Shown one piece after another: positions 1-14,816 of a DNA stretch of 64,000 bases. This DNA is from Microthyrium microscopicum (Eukaryota). The stretch spans positions 2,772,507-2,836,506 of the forward strand of contig MU004232.1 of NCBI GenBank assembly GCA_010405405.1. Reading direction: 5' to 3'. Below the pieces are notes generated by a model, which worked only from the letters and a program-made list of their open reading frames with translations, was not told the origin of the DNA and ran no database searches. Numbering within the stretch: position 1 is the stretch's first letter; each line of letters starts with the position of its first letter. Position numbers and translations under genes: made by a program.

Positions 1-3000
1 TATTAAGAGCTTATAATCTATAAATTATTATAAATATCTCGTAGATCTTTAATTAAATAAATAAGAATAAAAAGAGGAATATAAAGTATATAATCTCTAT
101 AGACTAAACGAAGTTAGCTTTAAACTAATAATAATAAGATTTATACTATTTATTTTAGTATTTTAAGACTTGTAGAACTATTATAGCTATACTAAGTAAT
201 ATTTATATAATAATATACTAAGGCATAAGTAATACTAGCTTAGCTAATCTAGTAATATATTTTAGAAATATACTAAGATAATATCTAAAGTTATTTAAAG
301 AGCAGGTTAATATAGCCTCTAAAATATAAGAATATTATATTAATTATAAATAGTTATATAACTCTAGTGCTAACGTCTATAAGGTTATTAGTTCTAATAA
401 AGGCATAGAGATAATTAGCTCTAATAAAGCATAGGATAATAATATAATTAGTAACTATAATATTGCTTAACTTACGAAGGAGTTTAGGAATTTATTAGTA
501 GAAAAAGTATTTCTAAAGAAGGAATTTCTAAACTTAATACTTCTCTTTTAGACTATAGAGATAAATATCTATCTTAAATATTTATAGAAGTAATATTAAA
601 TAGAGAAGGCTAGTAACTATCATGCTATACTATTAAGAGATATCTATAACTATAAGATAAGAACCACCTCTATATTTTATAGTTTATATTACGTTTAATA
701 CCTATCTTTTTATAGGTAGATATAAGGATACCTAAATTAGTTTTAGTAGTTATTTATAACAACTTTATTTAATCTTTATATATTATTTTATTCTTATGCT
801 TACTATGTTCTTAACTTATAAGGAGACTATATTTATATTTTAAATAGACTTTTAGGATACTCCTAAGGAAGAAAGTAATAACTTTAACTATAAAGATAAA
901 CTAGAAAATTCGTTAGAGTAAAGCAAAGCCTTAGAGTTAAAGCTTAAGAGGTTAATACTATAGTTAGATTAATAATTATGCTATAAATAAACTAAGGGTC
1001 TAATAAAAAAAGGTATAGAGCTTAGAAAATATGATTATACTTAAGTACTTATAATTATTAAATAGATAAATAATAACTTTATATATACGTACGATTTAGA
1101 GGAAAAATTAGTTTATAACTTTATTAAGATTAGTAAACGAATAGTAAGATACTTTAAAGTATATTAGATATATAAAATGCTAATTTATTATTATAAAAAG
1201 CCGTTATAGTATGCGTTCAATTTAAGGGCCTTCTTACTTTTCTAAAATATCTTTTAAGATAACTAAACGTAAACATAAGAGTATAGAAGAAGATACGCTT
1301 ATTATTAAGATTAAACTTCCTCCTAAATTAAAACCTAAAACTATTATAGAAGGAGAGCTTATTTATAAGCGCTTAAGGACGTAGATATTTTTATAACTAG
1401 TTCTAACTTTTAATTTATAAAGCTTATAGTTCTTAGGGAAATACTATTTATAACTTTTAATTAATACTATCTCTTAAAAGCTTTCTTATTTTCTTATAAT
1501 GTCCTTTTTTACTTAAGTAAAATTAATAAGAGTTATATATAATCTTTTTAGTATATAGTAAACTTTTTCTTCTAGCTTTTTATCTTTTATTGCTAGCTTA
1601 TAATAGTATTTAAGTTCCTTTCTTAAGTTATTATTTTCTTAAGTTCGCTAGAAGATAATTTTTACCTAAGATAGAAGTAGAACTATTTTGGCGGCTTAAA
1701 TTCTTTCATTTATAGCTTTAAATATAATAATAGTTTCATTATAATAAGTAATTTTAATATTAATATTAATAAAAGTAGAAGGCTTTATTCTTCTATAGAA
1801 TTAGATATAGCTTAGTTTTTAGTCTACGTTTTATTTTATAGCTAATAGACTTATAGCTAGCATTTACTTTAAGAGTTTAAATAAACCTATATAAATAGTA
1901 ACTATATATTAAAGATATTTTAAGTATTAAGTAATATATTTATATAAATAAAAAAAAAATTATATTAATAAGTACTTAATCTTTAGATACTTAGTAAATA
2001 ATTAATAAGATGTTATTAAATAGTTAGTAATAGTGCCGTAATAAATAAGGTCTTTAAGGAAGTACTTTAAAAGTTTTATATACTAACTAGTATATAGTAG
2101 CTAAGTCCTATATATCTTTAAGAATACTTACTTAAGCAATCTAAGAAGCCTATTTTTAAGCTAAATTGCTAGATAAGGATTTTCGTTTCTATTTCTAGTA
2201 GTTTTAATAATTATCTATTTAGATTTTATAGATATAAGCTAAAAATCATTTAACCTTATTATAAGCTCGTTAATAATATTATCTTAAGTAGACTAAGATA
2301 CTAGTAGAGTTTTTTAGCGCCTAGTTCTAGGGTTATTAATTAGATAGCTAAATTCTAGCGTATTTGCTTTATTACTTTTAGAATTAATTAAACTTATATT
2401 AGTCTATATAATATATCTTTAGAGTGCTCTACGTCATTTTACGTAACTAGAGATATTATTTTCTTCTATATAGTTCTTAATTATAATATCTATAGTCTTT
2501 ATTATAAGGCTACATCAATAAGCTATTTTATTAATTATACTAACTTTACTATTTATTATAGTATAGACTAAATACTAGCTATTATTCTCTAGTTTCGTAT
2601 ATCTAAAAATTTAACTAGTAACTTCGTATTAGTTATCTTTAAATTATTTATTAATATACTAAAGATCCTTTCTTATACGTTTTAGTAGTTTTTAATATCT
2701 TTCTCGCTCTTTATAAGGAACTAATATTAGAAAATAAATAATTATTTTACTTAGGCTGCTAGAGAATACTATAAAGTAGTCTATACTTATTATAGTTATA
2801 TTTATCTTTATATCTATACTAAAAAACTTATTAGCTTTTCTTAATCTATAAGCTATTATTTAATCCTTTTTAAATTTAGTAAAATATTTCTTTACCACTA
2901 GTATTTATTTTTTAGAATTATAAGGCTAAAGTAAAAATAAATATAACTTCTTTATTTTTAATATACCTTCTTTTAATAGGCGTTAATTTAAAGATTTGCT

Positions 3001-6000
3001 ATATAATCTTTAAGTATTATAGTTATAAGTTTTATAGGAATTAGGTATTTTATGTCGCTCTAGTTTATTCTATATATTAAAGACTAGAGGAAATATTCTT
3101 ACTAATTTATTAAACTACAATTTTACTTTCTTTAACTTATAGCCTACCCTACTATTATAAATATAGCTTAGTAGATTTCTTACTATTATTACTATACTAT
3201 TAGTTATTATATTAAGAGTTTTATAACCTTAGCTATATATTCTAATATTATACTCTTATAAATCTTAATTTAGGTAAGTAAAGCTATTAAGGTAAGCTTT
3301 ATAGTTACTAGAATTTATATTAGATTACTAATAGTTATCCTATATTCTTTACGCTAATTATTTTATTATATTATAAAATTTATAAGTTTTACTATTAATA
3401 TTTTCTATACCTTCTATAGCGTTATTATTTTTATTCTTCTTTTCTCTCTATTTATTAGGTAAGTAGGCGCTCTATTTAAAGCTTTTACTTATATCTATTT
3501 AGTTTAGTAATTTCTTATAGTTAAAAATAGTATTTAATAAGTTATTTACTTTATAATTTTTTAGTACTATAGCGAATAGTTTAGGTCTTTTAACTTTATT
3601 ATACTTTTTATACTTAACTTTATTTACTAATACGTCCCTTACCTTATAAAGTTCTTTCTTATTATATTAGTACAAAATAATAAAAATATATACTTAGATA
3701 ATATACTCTTAAATACTATATTTATAGTAGAGTTTAGATTATAATCTATATAAATAAGTAAAGCCTTTTATTAAAACACTTACTTTATTACAATTTTAGT
3801 CACATCTTTAGGAACTTATAAGATCTTATAGTAGCCTTTATTATAATAATAGTAAATTCGTAAACTCTCATCCTTATAGAAATTAGTATAGGCCTTAAGA
3901 TTAGTATACTCTTTTAATTCGCTATTATTATTTATCTAATCTAAAACTAGCTTTAAGATTATAGATAGTTAGTTATTTAAGAGATCCTTCTTAACTATCG
4001 CTTTATATAAGACTTTATTAGATATATTTATTTAAGCTAGAGGCTAAAGAGTTATTAAGGAAAAGAGTAAGAGTAGAATTTCTTAGTAAAGAATTCTATT
4101 ATATACTTATAAATAGAATTATAAGAGATTATTCTTAACGTCTATTTTAGGCTTTTTAACCTAAAAATAGATACGAGCTTATTATAATATTTCTATATTA
4201 TTAAGGTCTATAAAGGCTTAGAGTAAAAGAAGTAGACTAATTAGTCTATTTCTTAATAGATTATACTATTCTCTTCTTAGTTCTTTTATTTTAAGTTATT
4301 ATTAGCTAAGATACTAGTTTATATAACTCTATAGTAGGAGTTTAATCTATATAGCTTATATAATCTCTATTTATACTAACTAAATCTAGTTTAGCTTTAA
4401 TATTATTAAACGATTAAACTAGAAGCTACCTAATAATATAGCTATTTAATACTAGTTTTTCCTAAATAAATATTATAAATTTAATAACTTTAAGTCTTAA
4501 AACGGCATAGGTTTCTACTCTTATTATTAAGATTAAACTTAAACTTAATATTAAGAACTTAGAGCATTAAAATATTATTAGAAACCTTAAAAATATGCTA
4601 TTATTTCTAATAACTTTAGGTATATTTATTTCTAATTTAATATTGCTCCTTACTAATACTCTAAACCTAAATTCTTTAAGCTCGTTCCTTTAAGGAAATA
4701 TAATAAGTTATCTTCTATATTTAATAAATTTAGCTAGTTCTTAAAATTTAACGTCTTTACTTATTAGTCTTTTTATAAGAAGGGCTTCTACTCTTAAAGA
4801 TCTTTATAAATATTAGTAGATTATTAATATATTATAGTTATTATTATATATCTTTTTATTCTTATAAAAATATAGATTTACTTATAGTATTATTTTCTTA
4901 AGTAGTTAAATAATTTAGTATAGTAATTAACCTATTAAATAATTTAGCTTATAAGTTATTAGTATAATTAGTAGTAGGTAGCTAAAAAGTAGCCTAGTTA
5001 AGGCTAAGCTTATTAAGCGCTAAGAGAAATAGAATACATAAGATAGAAGGTAATTATATAGGTTAGGTTTCGTACAAAACTCCTTATTTACTTATTACTT
5101 CTTTTATAAAATATTTTAATATTTTTTTAATTACTACTATATATTAAAATAGTTAATAAGTAACTATTATTCCTTAATATCTTTAGTTTATAAAAATAAA
5201 TATATAGAAGATAAAATTTCTATAGAAGAAATACTTTAGAGAATTTAATAGTTTAAGTAAGAATTAGTATAATAAAAACTTTAAGTACTAAATAAGGAAA
5301 ATAATTACCTTTGCTAATAAATTAAATAGTATAAACACTAAAGATTAAATATAATATAGCTATTATAAGAAACTCTTTAACTTATAATAATAGTAGTATA
5401 GGCTACTACTACTTTCTTTAAGAAAGTATAACTAATAAAGAGAGATTAGATTAAGTCTTAGACTAAGAGAAGCTTATTAAATCATAAATTAATAATTATA
5501 TAAGCTCTAAATAGACCTAAAATGAACTTAATACTTAATTAAATCTCTTTTGCTTCCTTTATATCTTTTAGAAAGACTTTAAGTAAGGTAACCTTTTTAT
5601 TTAGCTCTTAAACTAATTTGCTTATAATTCTTATAGTAGCTTAATCTTCCTCTATAGTATTTATAATATAGGCCTTAAAATAATCTCCTTATTATACTTA
5701 TATAATAAACTTCTTATTAATAGCGTTTTATAGTAGTATAAAATCCCTAGAAAATAAGTTAGACTATATAATTATAATTAACTTATTTTATATACTTAGA
5801 AAGATCTAATATCCTAGTATTTATATTAGCTAACTTTAGCTATAGTAAAATAGTATAGCTAAATTACTTATAAGACCTTATATTTTTAGAATACTAATAA
5901 AGCCTCTCTTAGCTTCTACGTAAGTAAGTCTTCTTTTAAAATCTTATTAAGTATATTTTTATTTATAGATAAAGCCTTAATACTAGTAGCGTAGTTAATA

Positions 6001-8559
6001 ATTATTTCTTTATTATACATAAGTAATAACTATTCTTAGGACTTATTATAGTAGGTAGCACTAGGCTTTTTAGATAAGTAACTTATATAGACATAGTATA
6101 AAGTAAGCGCTAAGGCTAATAACATAGCCTTAGTAATAAGAATACTTAGCTAGCCTTTATAGTTTAAGCTATATTCTAGTACTATATTAGGATCTATATA
6201 TTATTAGGAAATATATAGATATAAGGCTATAGATTCTTTATAGTTTATAAGCTAAAGGTAATAAAAGCTTTTAAGTTATAATATATTTATAGTAAGTTAC
6301 TTAGTAGTGTAGTATAGAGAATTAGGTATAGCTATAGACTCTTAAAGCCTAAGTTTTATTAGATAGGCTTAAGGATTATTTATAGTAGAAGAAGTTTCTT
6401 AATAAAGCTTAATATATTTACTATTATAATTAAGCTACTTTTTAATCCTTTTAATATACTTACTTAGGTACTTAAATACTAATTGCTTTAGTCTTAATAA
6501 GCGTATTCTTTATTTTACTATATTATCTTTATTATTTATTAAACTATTAAAATAGAGTTACTACTATTCTAGTTTTATAAAGCCTAAGATAGGCTTTACT
6601 TAGATATTAATACTAATTTATACTTACTTAAATCTTTTATATAAATATAGAGTATTAAACTTTATAAATCTTTTAATAATTCTTTAAGGCAAAGTATTTA
6701 ATATAATTATAAGTAGCTAGCCTTATAGTAGGGATTTTATTAATACTTAGAAATTGTCTTCTTGCTTCATCTTTTAGTTACGTAAAGAGAATTAAATATA
6801 TAAGTAGTTAACTTATCTAATTTTTTATAGTATTTATTATCTTATAATTAATTAAGTTATTAAGTTATAAAATATAAGATAAGTTTATTTCTATATTTTT
6901 AATAGAGATTTAATTTATTATAGCTCTAAAATACTTAAATAACTAGGTCTATACTATAGTAAGCTAAGAAGGAAGTAATATTTAAGTAGTAGTAAATTAG
7001 GAAAGAAAGCTAATATAAGATATAAATAACTAGAGGGTTATTATCTTCTATAAATATTGTTTTAGGCTTTTAGATAATATTTTAGATAATAGTTAAAATC
7101 TAGCTAGCGCGTAGTTATAACTTTTAATAAATAATCTTAGACGTTAAAATAGGCTTATAATAAGGCTATTATTTAGCGCTACTAGGTAGCTTATGGCTAT
7201 TAGACGCTATATAATTAGCCTTTAGTTTTAGTACTAAATTGCGTAATTTCTTAGACTTATAAGAGTATATACTAAATAGGTTAAGGCTCTAGACTACTTA
7301 TCTATTATATAGCCTTAGGAATTTATCCCTATTAAATCGTAGTAGCGTATTATATATAAATTAAGGCTATAATCTTATAATAAATATCTATATTAGCGTA
7401 ATTTTTCTAGAAATAAAATAGTTTTATATATAAAAACGTAAAAGTTTTACTTTTTAAATTTCTTTCTTAATTATATTTATATTAAATATAACTTCTAATT
7501 ATAGTCTACTAGGCTATATTTTATTAATATATCCTTCTACCTAGTATTATATAATAATATTTAATCTCTATAGCCTATTCTTTAAAGTAATCTAATAAGT
7601 TCTAGGGAAATGATTAATAAGAAGCTTTATTATCTATTCTTTAAATTATATTAAGCTTTAACCTTAGGTAATTAGGTTTAGTCTAAGGTTAACAAACTAT
7701 ATAACTTCTTTACTTTAATTAAAGCAAAATATAAGGAGAGTATAAATAATTTTAGTTAATACTTTAATACTTATAACTCTCTTTCTAAGCTATATAAAAA
7801 GGTAACTATCTCTTTAGAGGTTATTTAGAAAGAAAAAAGAGACCTAACTAAGAAAATATAGATTAAAAGGAATTAAATAATAGCTTATTTTAACGAAAAT
7901 TTAAGTAAATAGCTAGAGTTAGTTAGCTTAGTAGAGTAATATTATAATATACTATTAGGGGCTAGAAATTATATTACGTAGTAAGAGTAACTTATTTAAT
8001 CTTATATAAATAGATTAGACTATAGCTTAGCTTTTACTTAAACGTTAGTAGTTATTATAGACTTAATTAGCTTTAAAGTGGCGCTAGTATCTAAAGCTAG
8101 TTAGTAAAGAATAGATATTAAAATAATAATTAACAAAGTAGAAGAGCTTTTAAAAAAGACTAAAAAGTATAAGTACTAATAGGTAGTTTCTTAAACTTAG
8201 ATAGCTTAGTTAACTCTATAGATATACTTAATAAATTATCTTTTTGCTATTCCTAAAATAAAGTAATACTAAGTCTAAGTATTTTATAATATTTCTAGCT
8301 ACTAAATCTAACTCTTCCCTAACTTACTATTTTCTAGGTATCTAGCTATTTAAATATATAAAAACTTAATAAGTATTAGTATAAATAGCATCTTTTTTTA
8401 CTAAGAAAGAAGTATTAAAAAGCTACTAGGTAGCTTTTATAAACGTGTATAATTCTAGCATTCTTTCTTAAGTATATTTTAGTACTAGTCTTAATTTAGG
8501 TTTATTTTTAGTTATTATAGCCCTTTTTAACTTTTATAGCTAATTTTAATATAAATCTA

Positions 8560-9000
8560 TTCTTAGCTCTTACTACGCTTTCTAAGTTTTATAGCCTCTT
8601 CTAATTTAAACCTTAGAAGTAATTCTTAGCTTTTATAGCCCTTTCTTGTAGCTATTCTTATTTAAACCTTAGAAGCTATTCTTAGCTCTTTTGGCCCTTT
8701 TCTATCTCATAGCTATTCTAATTTAAACCTTAGAAGCTATTCTTAGCTTTTGTATCTCTTTCTTGTAGCTATTCTTATTTAAATCTTAGAAACTATTCTT
8801 AGCTCTTCTAGCCTTTTCTACTTTTACTAGCTACTTTTAATAGACCTTAAAAGCCTTTCCTAACTCTTATAATTATTTTTAGTTCTTATAATAATTCATA
8901 AAGTTATTCTTAGCTCTTATAGCCCTTTTTGTCTTGCGGCTATTAATTTAAAGCTATTCTTAGTTCTTATAGTAGTATTTTTATTTTTGTAGCTATTCTT
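8560..9000. repeat. Degenerate minisatellite (56/61-bp subunits) inside the RIP block
   Basis: TTTAAA(C/T)CTTAGAA...TATTCTTAGCT recurs at 8605, 8661, 8722 and 8778, with further GCTATTCTTAG copies to about 9000. Confidence 0.7.
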
Positions 9001-12000
9001 AGACTAAGGCTCTCTTAGCTTAACTATAAATATCTTCTTTAATAGTATACCTTAGCTACCTAAATACCTATATAAGCTATTAGTAATTATAGTACGATAT
9101 TAGATAGCAAAAAGAGCTTTTAATAATCTATATTACTATAGCGGCTCTACTTTTGTTCCTAGTAGTTACTATTATTATACCTTTTATAATTTTATATTCT
9201 TAGTTAAAGGAATTTATAGTAATTAGTAATAATATATCTATTAACTTTAATAATAGCTATAGTAGATTTATTAGGTATTCTTAAAGTTATATTCCTTGTA
9301 GTAATTTTAGGTTCTTTAATAAAGTATAAGTATAGCTATTACTATAGCTAGAAGATAAAAATCTTATAATTAATAAAACTAATCTACTATATAGTACATA
9401 GGCTTAGAAGCCTAATTAAATATATCTTATACTTTAAGCTATACTTAGCAACTATATTATAATAAAGTATATAGAGAATAGATATGCTATAGCCTAAGTT
9501 CTAAGCAAAAATAGATATAAAGAAAATAAATCTAGTTTAGGAATAGTTCTTATATTTAGAACTTCTAAGCTCTATAAAAATAAAAAGATTAGTAATATTT
9601 TTAAGTAAGAATTAGATTTTAACTATATTAAAACCTAAAGAGGTATACTTATTACGAACAAAACCTTTAACAATAATTACTACTATAAGTATTAGCCTAG
9701 AAGTAAACTTATATAGTTAAGGATAGAATAAGATTTAGACCTATTAAATAGCTAAACTATAAGCTAGTATTATAAAATAAATATTATAATATTAATTAGG
9801 CTTTAGAATAAGACTTTAAATTATACTCTATACTAGATTTAGTAGTAGCTAAGTCTAGTTATAGCTAATACTTTTAGGTTTAATAAGATTTATATAATAT
9901 ATTTTAATATAGAGATTATCTATAAGATGCCTAATAGATCTCTAAGCTATTAACTAGATCCTTAAATAGAACTAGTATAGAACTATAATCTTTAGGTACT
10001 AAATAGTAGTTTTTTAATTAGTATACTATCTAGTTTACTAAGTTCTTTATTAGTTACTAGTCTAGGCTCTCTAGGTTCACTAGTAAGTATATTAATAATA
10101 GTACTAACTATATTTATAGTAAGTTCTATATTAATAGTAAGTTAAGGTCTTCTAGACTTATAAAATATTATACTAATAAATATAAGTATAGTACTAACTA
10201 TGTTTATAATAAGTATAATAAATAATATTAGAATAGAGATAATAAACTACTCTTACTCTTAAACTTTCTAAGGCTTAATAAGCTACTTTAGCTCTAAACC
10301 TCCTAAAAGCTTTATAAATAATCTAACGTGTAGCTAAACGATTATGCTAGTAGTAACTACTCTGCCATAATTCTTATTAACTTAATCCTTATATATTAGA
10401 GGTATATTAGGAATATAATAGATATAAGTTAGTAAAGTTTAAAAAGTCTAGATCTCGTAGTAATAAGCTTTATTAAGTAGATTTAAATATAGTTTTTTTA
10501 TTTTAATAGCTATATATATTCTAAAGTTTACTTTAGTAAGGCTAAGGTTTATAATTATTAGGAGTAATAGTATTAACTAAAGCGCTTATGTATATAACTG
10601 CTAGAAAGTAAATTACTTAGACTAAAGCTTTGTTATATTTAAACCTAGCAAATAGTAAGTAATAAGGTTCTAGTTATATAGGTAGTATTTATTAATTATT
10701 TATATTATACTATCTTTCTAAGCTTCTTAGCTTTAGAATAATATTAATATAGCCTCTTTAGTAGAATATTATATACTATAGAATATTCCTAAGTCTATAA
10801 TAATCTATAAAAGGACTATAAATATTTTTTTAACTCTTTATTAGCGTCTTAGCTTATATAAACTCCTTATTATCTAATACTTAAAGTATATACTCTTTAG
10901 CGTAGTTATAATATTAGAGAATACTAAGCTTAGTTTACTAATAAGCTACGTAGTAGATAGCGTTACTAAAAGGCGTATAAAGAAGTAATTATCAAAAATT
11001 ATTTACTAGTAATGTCTTAATATCTGCTCTTTCTTAGTCTTAACTATACTTATAATCGTTATTATCTTCTAACCTATTTATTTAAAATATTAGAGCTCTT
11101 CCTACCTAAATTATAGCTTCGCTAGTAAATATACTATAAGTTTTTCTTATTAAGTATTACAAAAAGTAAAGAGTAATACTTCTAAAGCATTAGTAAGTTT
11201 ATATAAGAGTAGATAGCAACTTTTTATTTATAAACCTATATATTTATAGTAATAATTTATTTAATAAATTCTATAGTCTAATAGTCCTTATTTCTATAGT
11301 TATGTCCTTAAGGTAATAATTATTAGTATTAAGGCGTTATAAATAAAAGCATTGCGTAGATATACGTACTTATTTTTAACAAAAAGGCTTTAAGAAGTTA
11401 GATTTAGAACGTTTAGTTATAGTAGAGCAAATAGTATTAACTTATAGCAATTTTTTAATCGTTAGCATAGAATTAATTAAGTTAAATTTCACTAAAGGAC
11501 GTTTATCTTAGATTTTAGCGGTTATAGTAAGAATAAGGAATTTAAATACTAAGTAAGAGAAATAATTATAGTAGAGTAATAGAGCTCTTAATTTTTTGCT
11601 TAGATATATAAGATATAGAGAATCTACTATTATTAAATTACTTATAAAGTATAGCAATTAAAATAGCTTCTAGATTAGTACGTAATATTATTATAAGTAT
11701 AGAATTATAATTTATATAAAATAACTAAGTACTATTTACTAGGTACTTACTTATATATTTACAAATAAACTATAGCTTCTACTATACTTATAGTATTCTT
11801 TATTAAGGAACTTTACTATTATTTAGGCTTTACTAAGTTCTATATATACTTATAGTATATAATTAGCTAATAAATAAAGAATATTAATATATAGTAAAAG
11901 GAATTTAGTATATTAGAGGCTACTATAAACCTATAGTATTATTCTACTCTAAGTTTATATTCTTATTATTTTATAATACTACTTCTTATAATCTATCTTT

Positions 12001-12327
12001 TATTTAAAAGCTTTAGTAAAATTTATACCTTTAGCTACTCTTTAATATTAAGGTTAATAAAAACTTTTAACTTCCTAAATAAGAAGTTAAGCTAATTAAG
12101 TAAAAGTAGTAAACTAGTTATTTTTCTTGCCTCTACTTTTTTTTACGTTTCTTTTTATACTTATTAAGACTGCTTAAGCATTACGTTATTCTTAATAGCG
12201 TTAGGATATTGCTTATATACTCGTATATTATAATAAAAAGGCGCAAGATAAGAAGTATATAATTTCTTAATTTAATAATTACTTAATAACTAATACTACC
12301 TTATTATTATAGTTTTTATTATTAATG

Positions 12328-12331
<4 letters not shown>

Positions 12332-12369
<38 letters not shown>
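12332..12369. repeat. (ATT)n microsatellite
   Basis: About 12 consecutive TTA/ATT units. Confidence 0.85.
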
Positions 12370-12370
<1 letters not shown>

Positions 12371-14816
12371 GCTTTTAGGCTACTAAGGGGACTTAGACGT
12401 TACACGTTAATCTTCAAAATAATTTATAATAAAGAGACAATTAGCCTTAATACTATAAAGCATATATAGATAGCTCTTATTAGTCTTTTATTATAAAAAA
12501 TCATAGTCTTCTAAACCTCTATAGCTAGAAACTAAATTTCTATACTTATTTATACTCTTATCTTTAATAATTAAGTCATTTAATTACGTAATAAGCTTAA
12601 ATAATCTTTTAGGCATAGCTTACTAACTAGTTAGTATATTAAACTAGTTTAGGAAGAAGAAAGTATATTAATTACGCTAGTTTTTAAAGAGGTAGCATAT
12701 ATAATCTAGTTTATTACTTTATAGAAAGGATATAGGCTAAAGTACCTTCTATAATAAAGAGTTTTAGTTACTTCTAAGTAGAGTCTAAGAAGCGTTCTCT
12801 TAAGTAGAAATAATAAATAAGTATAAAAATATAAAGGTAGTAATAGAGTAGTAAATAAGTTACTAGGGAAATTTATTAAGTCTAAATATTATATAATGCT
12901 TTATTATAATATAACTTAATAACTCTATAAGGTAAACTTACTATTTATATAACTAAATAAACTATATATTAGGAATTATATAGTTTAATCTTAAGGCTAG
13001 CTAAAAGCTATATAGTAATATATTCTATAAGCTAATCTATTTATTAAAGCATATTAAGATTATTAATATCTTTAAGCCTCTTTACTAAGCGTTACTAAAG
13101 CGTCCCTTATAAACTAGGAGAGCTTTATATATAAGAGTATATTACCTCTATTATTTTTTATTACTTTATAGCTATTAAAAAGAAGATATTTCTTAACTCT
13201 AGATAAAGCGTTAAGTAAGTAGCTATACTAATATAAAGAATATAAGTAAATAATAAGGTAGTAATTATAGCTATAGTACTTAAATATTAATACATAGAAA
13301 GTATAAGGTAAATAAGTAGTTAGTCTTATTTTAAGTAATTATATATATAAGGATATATATAGGATAAGAAACTAAGACTTCATAAGTAGTTATAAAAGAA
13401 AAAGAGAAATAAATAGGTAGTATAGGACGCAATATAATAATAATTAAAAGATTATATAGACTAACTTATACGTAATAAATAGTAATATAAAAATAATTAA
13501 AAGGTATATAGGTAAAACCTTAAAGAGAAGATAGATGAAGCTAGTTAGTTTAATATATATAAAATACTAGATAAGGAGGATAGCAAAGCTAAGGTAGATC
13601 AGATAAAAGATAATCTAGCTAACGCTAAGCAATTATAAGGTAGAAAGTCATACTAGGCTAAAAGAGGCAGCGCACTAGGACAGAGTTTACCGTGCGAAAT
13701 GATCATATGCCTATTCCCTATTATGCGAAGCATAACGTTATCAGGTGCCTACAGAAATATAACATTACCTCTGGTATTCCTAGGAAAGGAAAAGCCCATT
13801 TTGATATTGTTTTTATGTCCTAGCTCTTGAGGGGAATCGCGCCAATATAGAGAACTTATGACCAGTCCAATGGATTGTTTCAAGGTTTTTGGGCTGTCAG
13901 ACGTTACGTGAGCGGATATGAACGGAGCTGACCTTGGTACCTGGCAAGGTATGCTGCACGTTTGCCTCGATGGAAGATGAGAGGCTCATGATGGGGCTTT
14001 GTTTCTGTATTTGAAATACTCAACGCGGTAGAAGGGTTGATAGTTTCAAAGGACCAGTCAAGCTGAGTCAATCAAGTTTCTTTCTGATTGAATTGTTTTG
14101 AAGAAGACCGTGTTGACGTGTTTGACACTTTTGTTTGAGAACTGTGAATCGATGAAAAAGAAGTCTCTGGGAACCATCGAGTGATTTAGTGAGCTCACAG
14201 AGCTGACATTTAAGGATCGCGTCAAGGATTCAGGGGTACAGGTGGATGGAAATAGGAAAATGCACAGCCCATGAGACACTTTCCTTTCCGGTGCAACGGC
14301 TATACGGATCAAGACTGTAATGCTGACTACGATACCAAGATATACTCCGCATTGGAGTAAGATTGGCTGGATGCATCAGTGTCTACTGTATTGCCTGTCG
14401 GCAGGCAAAACCTGCATGATTGGTGAGATTTGTGGTGTTTCGAAAGTTCAACAACGACCGGACGATCATGAGGCTAAGAGGGCTTCTCACCACTTCAATT
14501 GGTTCTATTTTCAGTTGCAAATGCTGAAGATCATGGCACATACCTAGCACTCTTGTTGTTACCGCCTCTGCCTGCAGTGGTATCTAATTGTCTGTGTTTT
14601 GTCCAGTCGTGGCGCTGTAAACCATGACGATGGCTCCCTGCACCATTCAACCTTCAACCTTGACTCAAAAGTCCCTCTGAGTAAACTTCTCCACCCGACC
14701 TTTGAAAGCGGAGACTCTTTCTCACCATTGCCGGTATCACTCCGTCCTTCCGGTTGTCATATCATCAATTGTTTACACAACCGATGAGATAAACTCACCA
14801 GCTTTTGCTCCGCAAG

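Larger units (their letters stand above)
1..13650. mobile_element. AT-rich block of RIP-degraded (probably nested) transposable-element relics
   Basis: Very AT-rich, strong excess of TpA, near-absence of CpA/TpG, and no ORF of 60 aa or more in the supplied track. This is the classic repeat-induced point mutation signature. Composition returns to normal at about 13.6-13.7 kb. Individual TE families could not be identified by eye. Confidence 0.85.

Noticed and set aside
1..13650. Possible Starship captain, RT or helicase remnants in the RIP block
   Set aside because: Too mutated to translate reliably by eye; no motif could be supported without a de-RIPed consensus.
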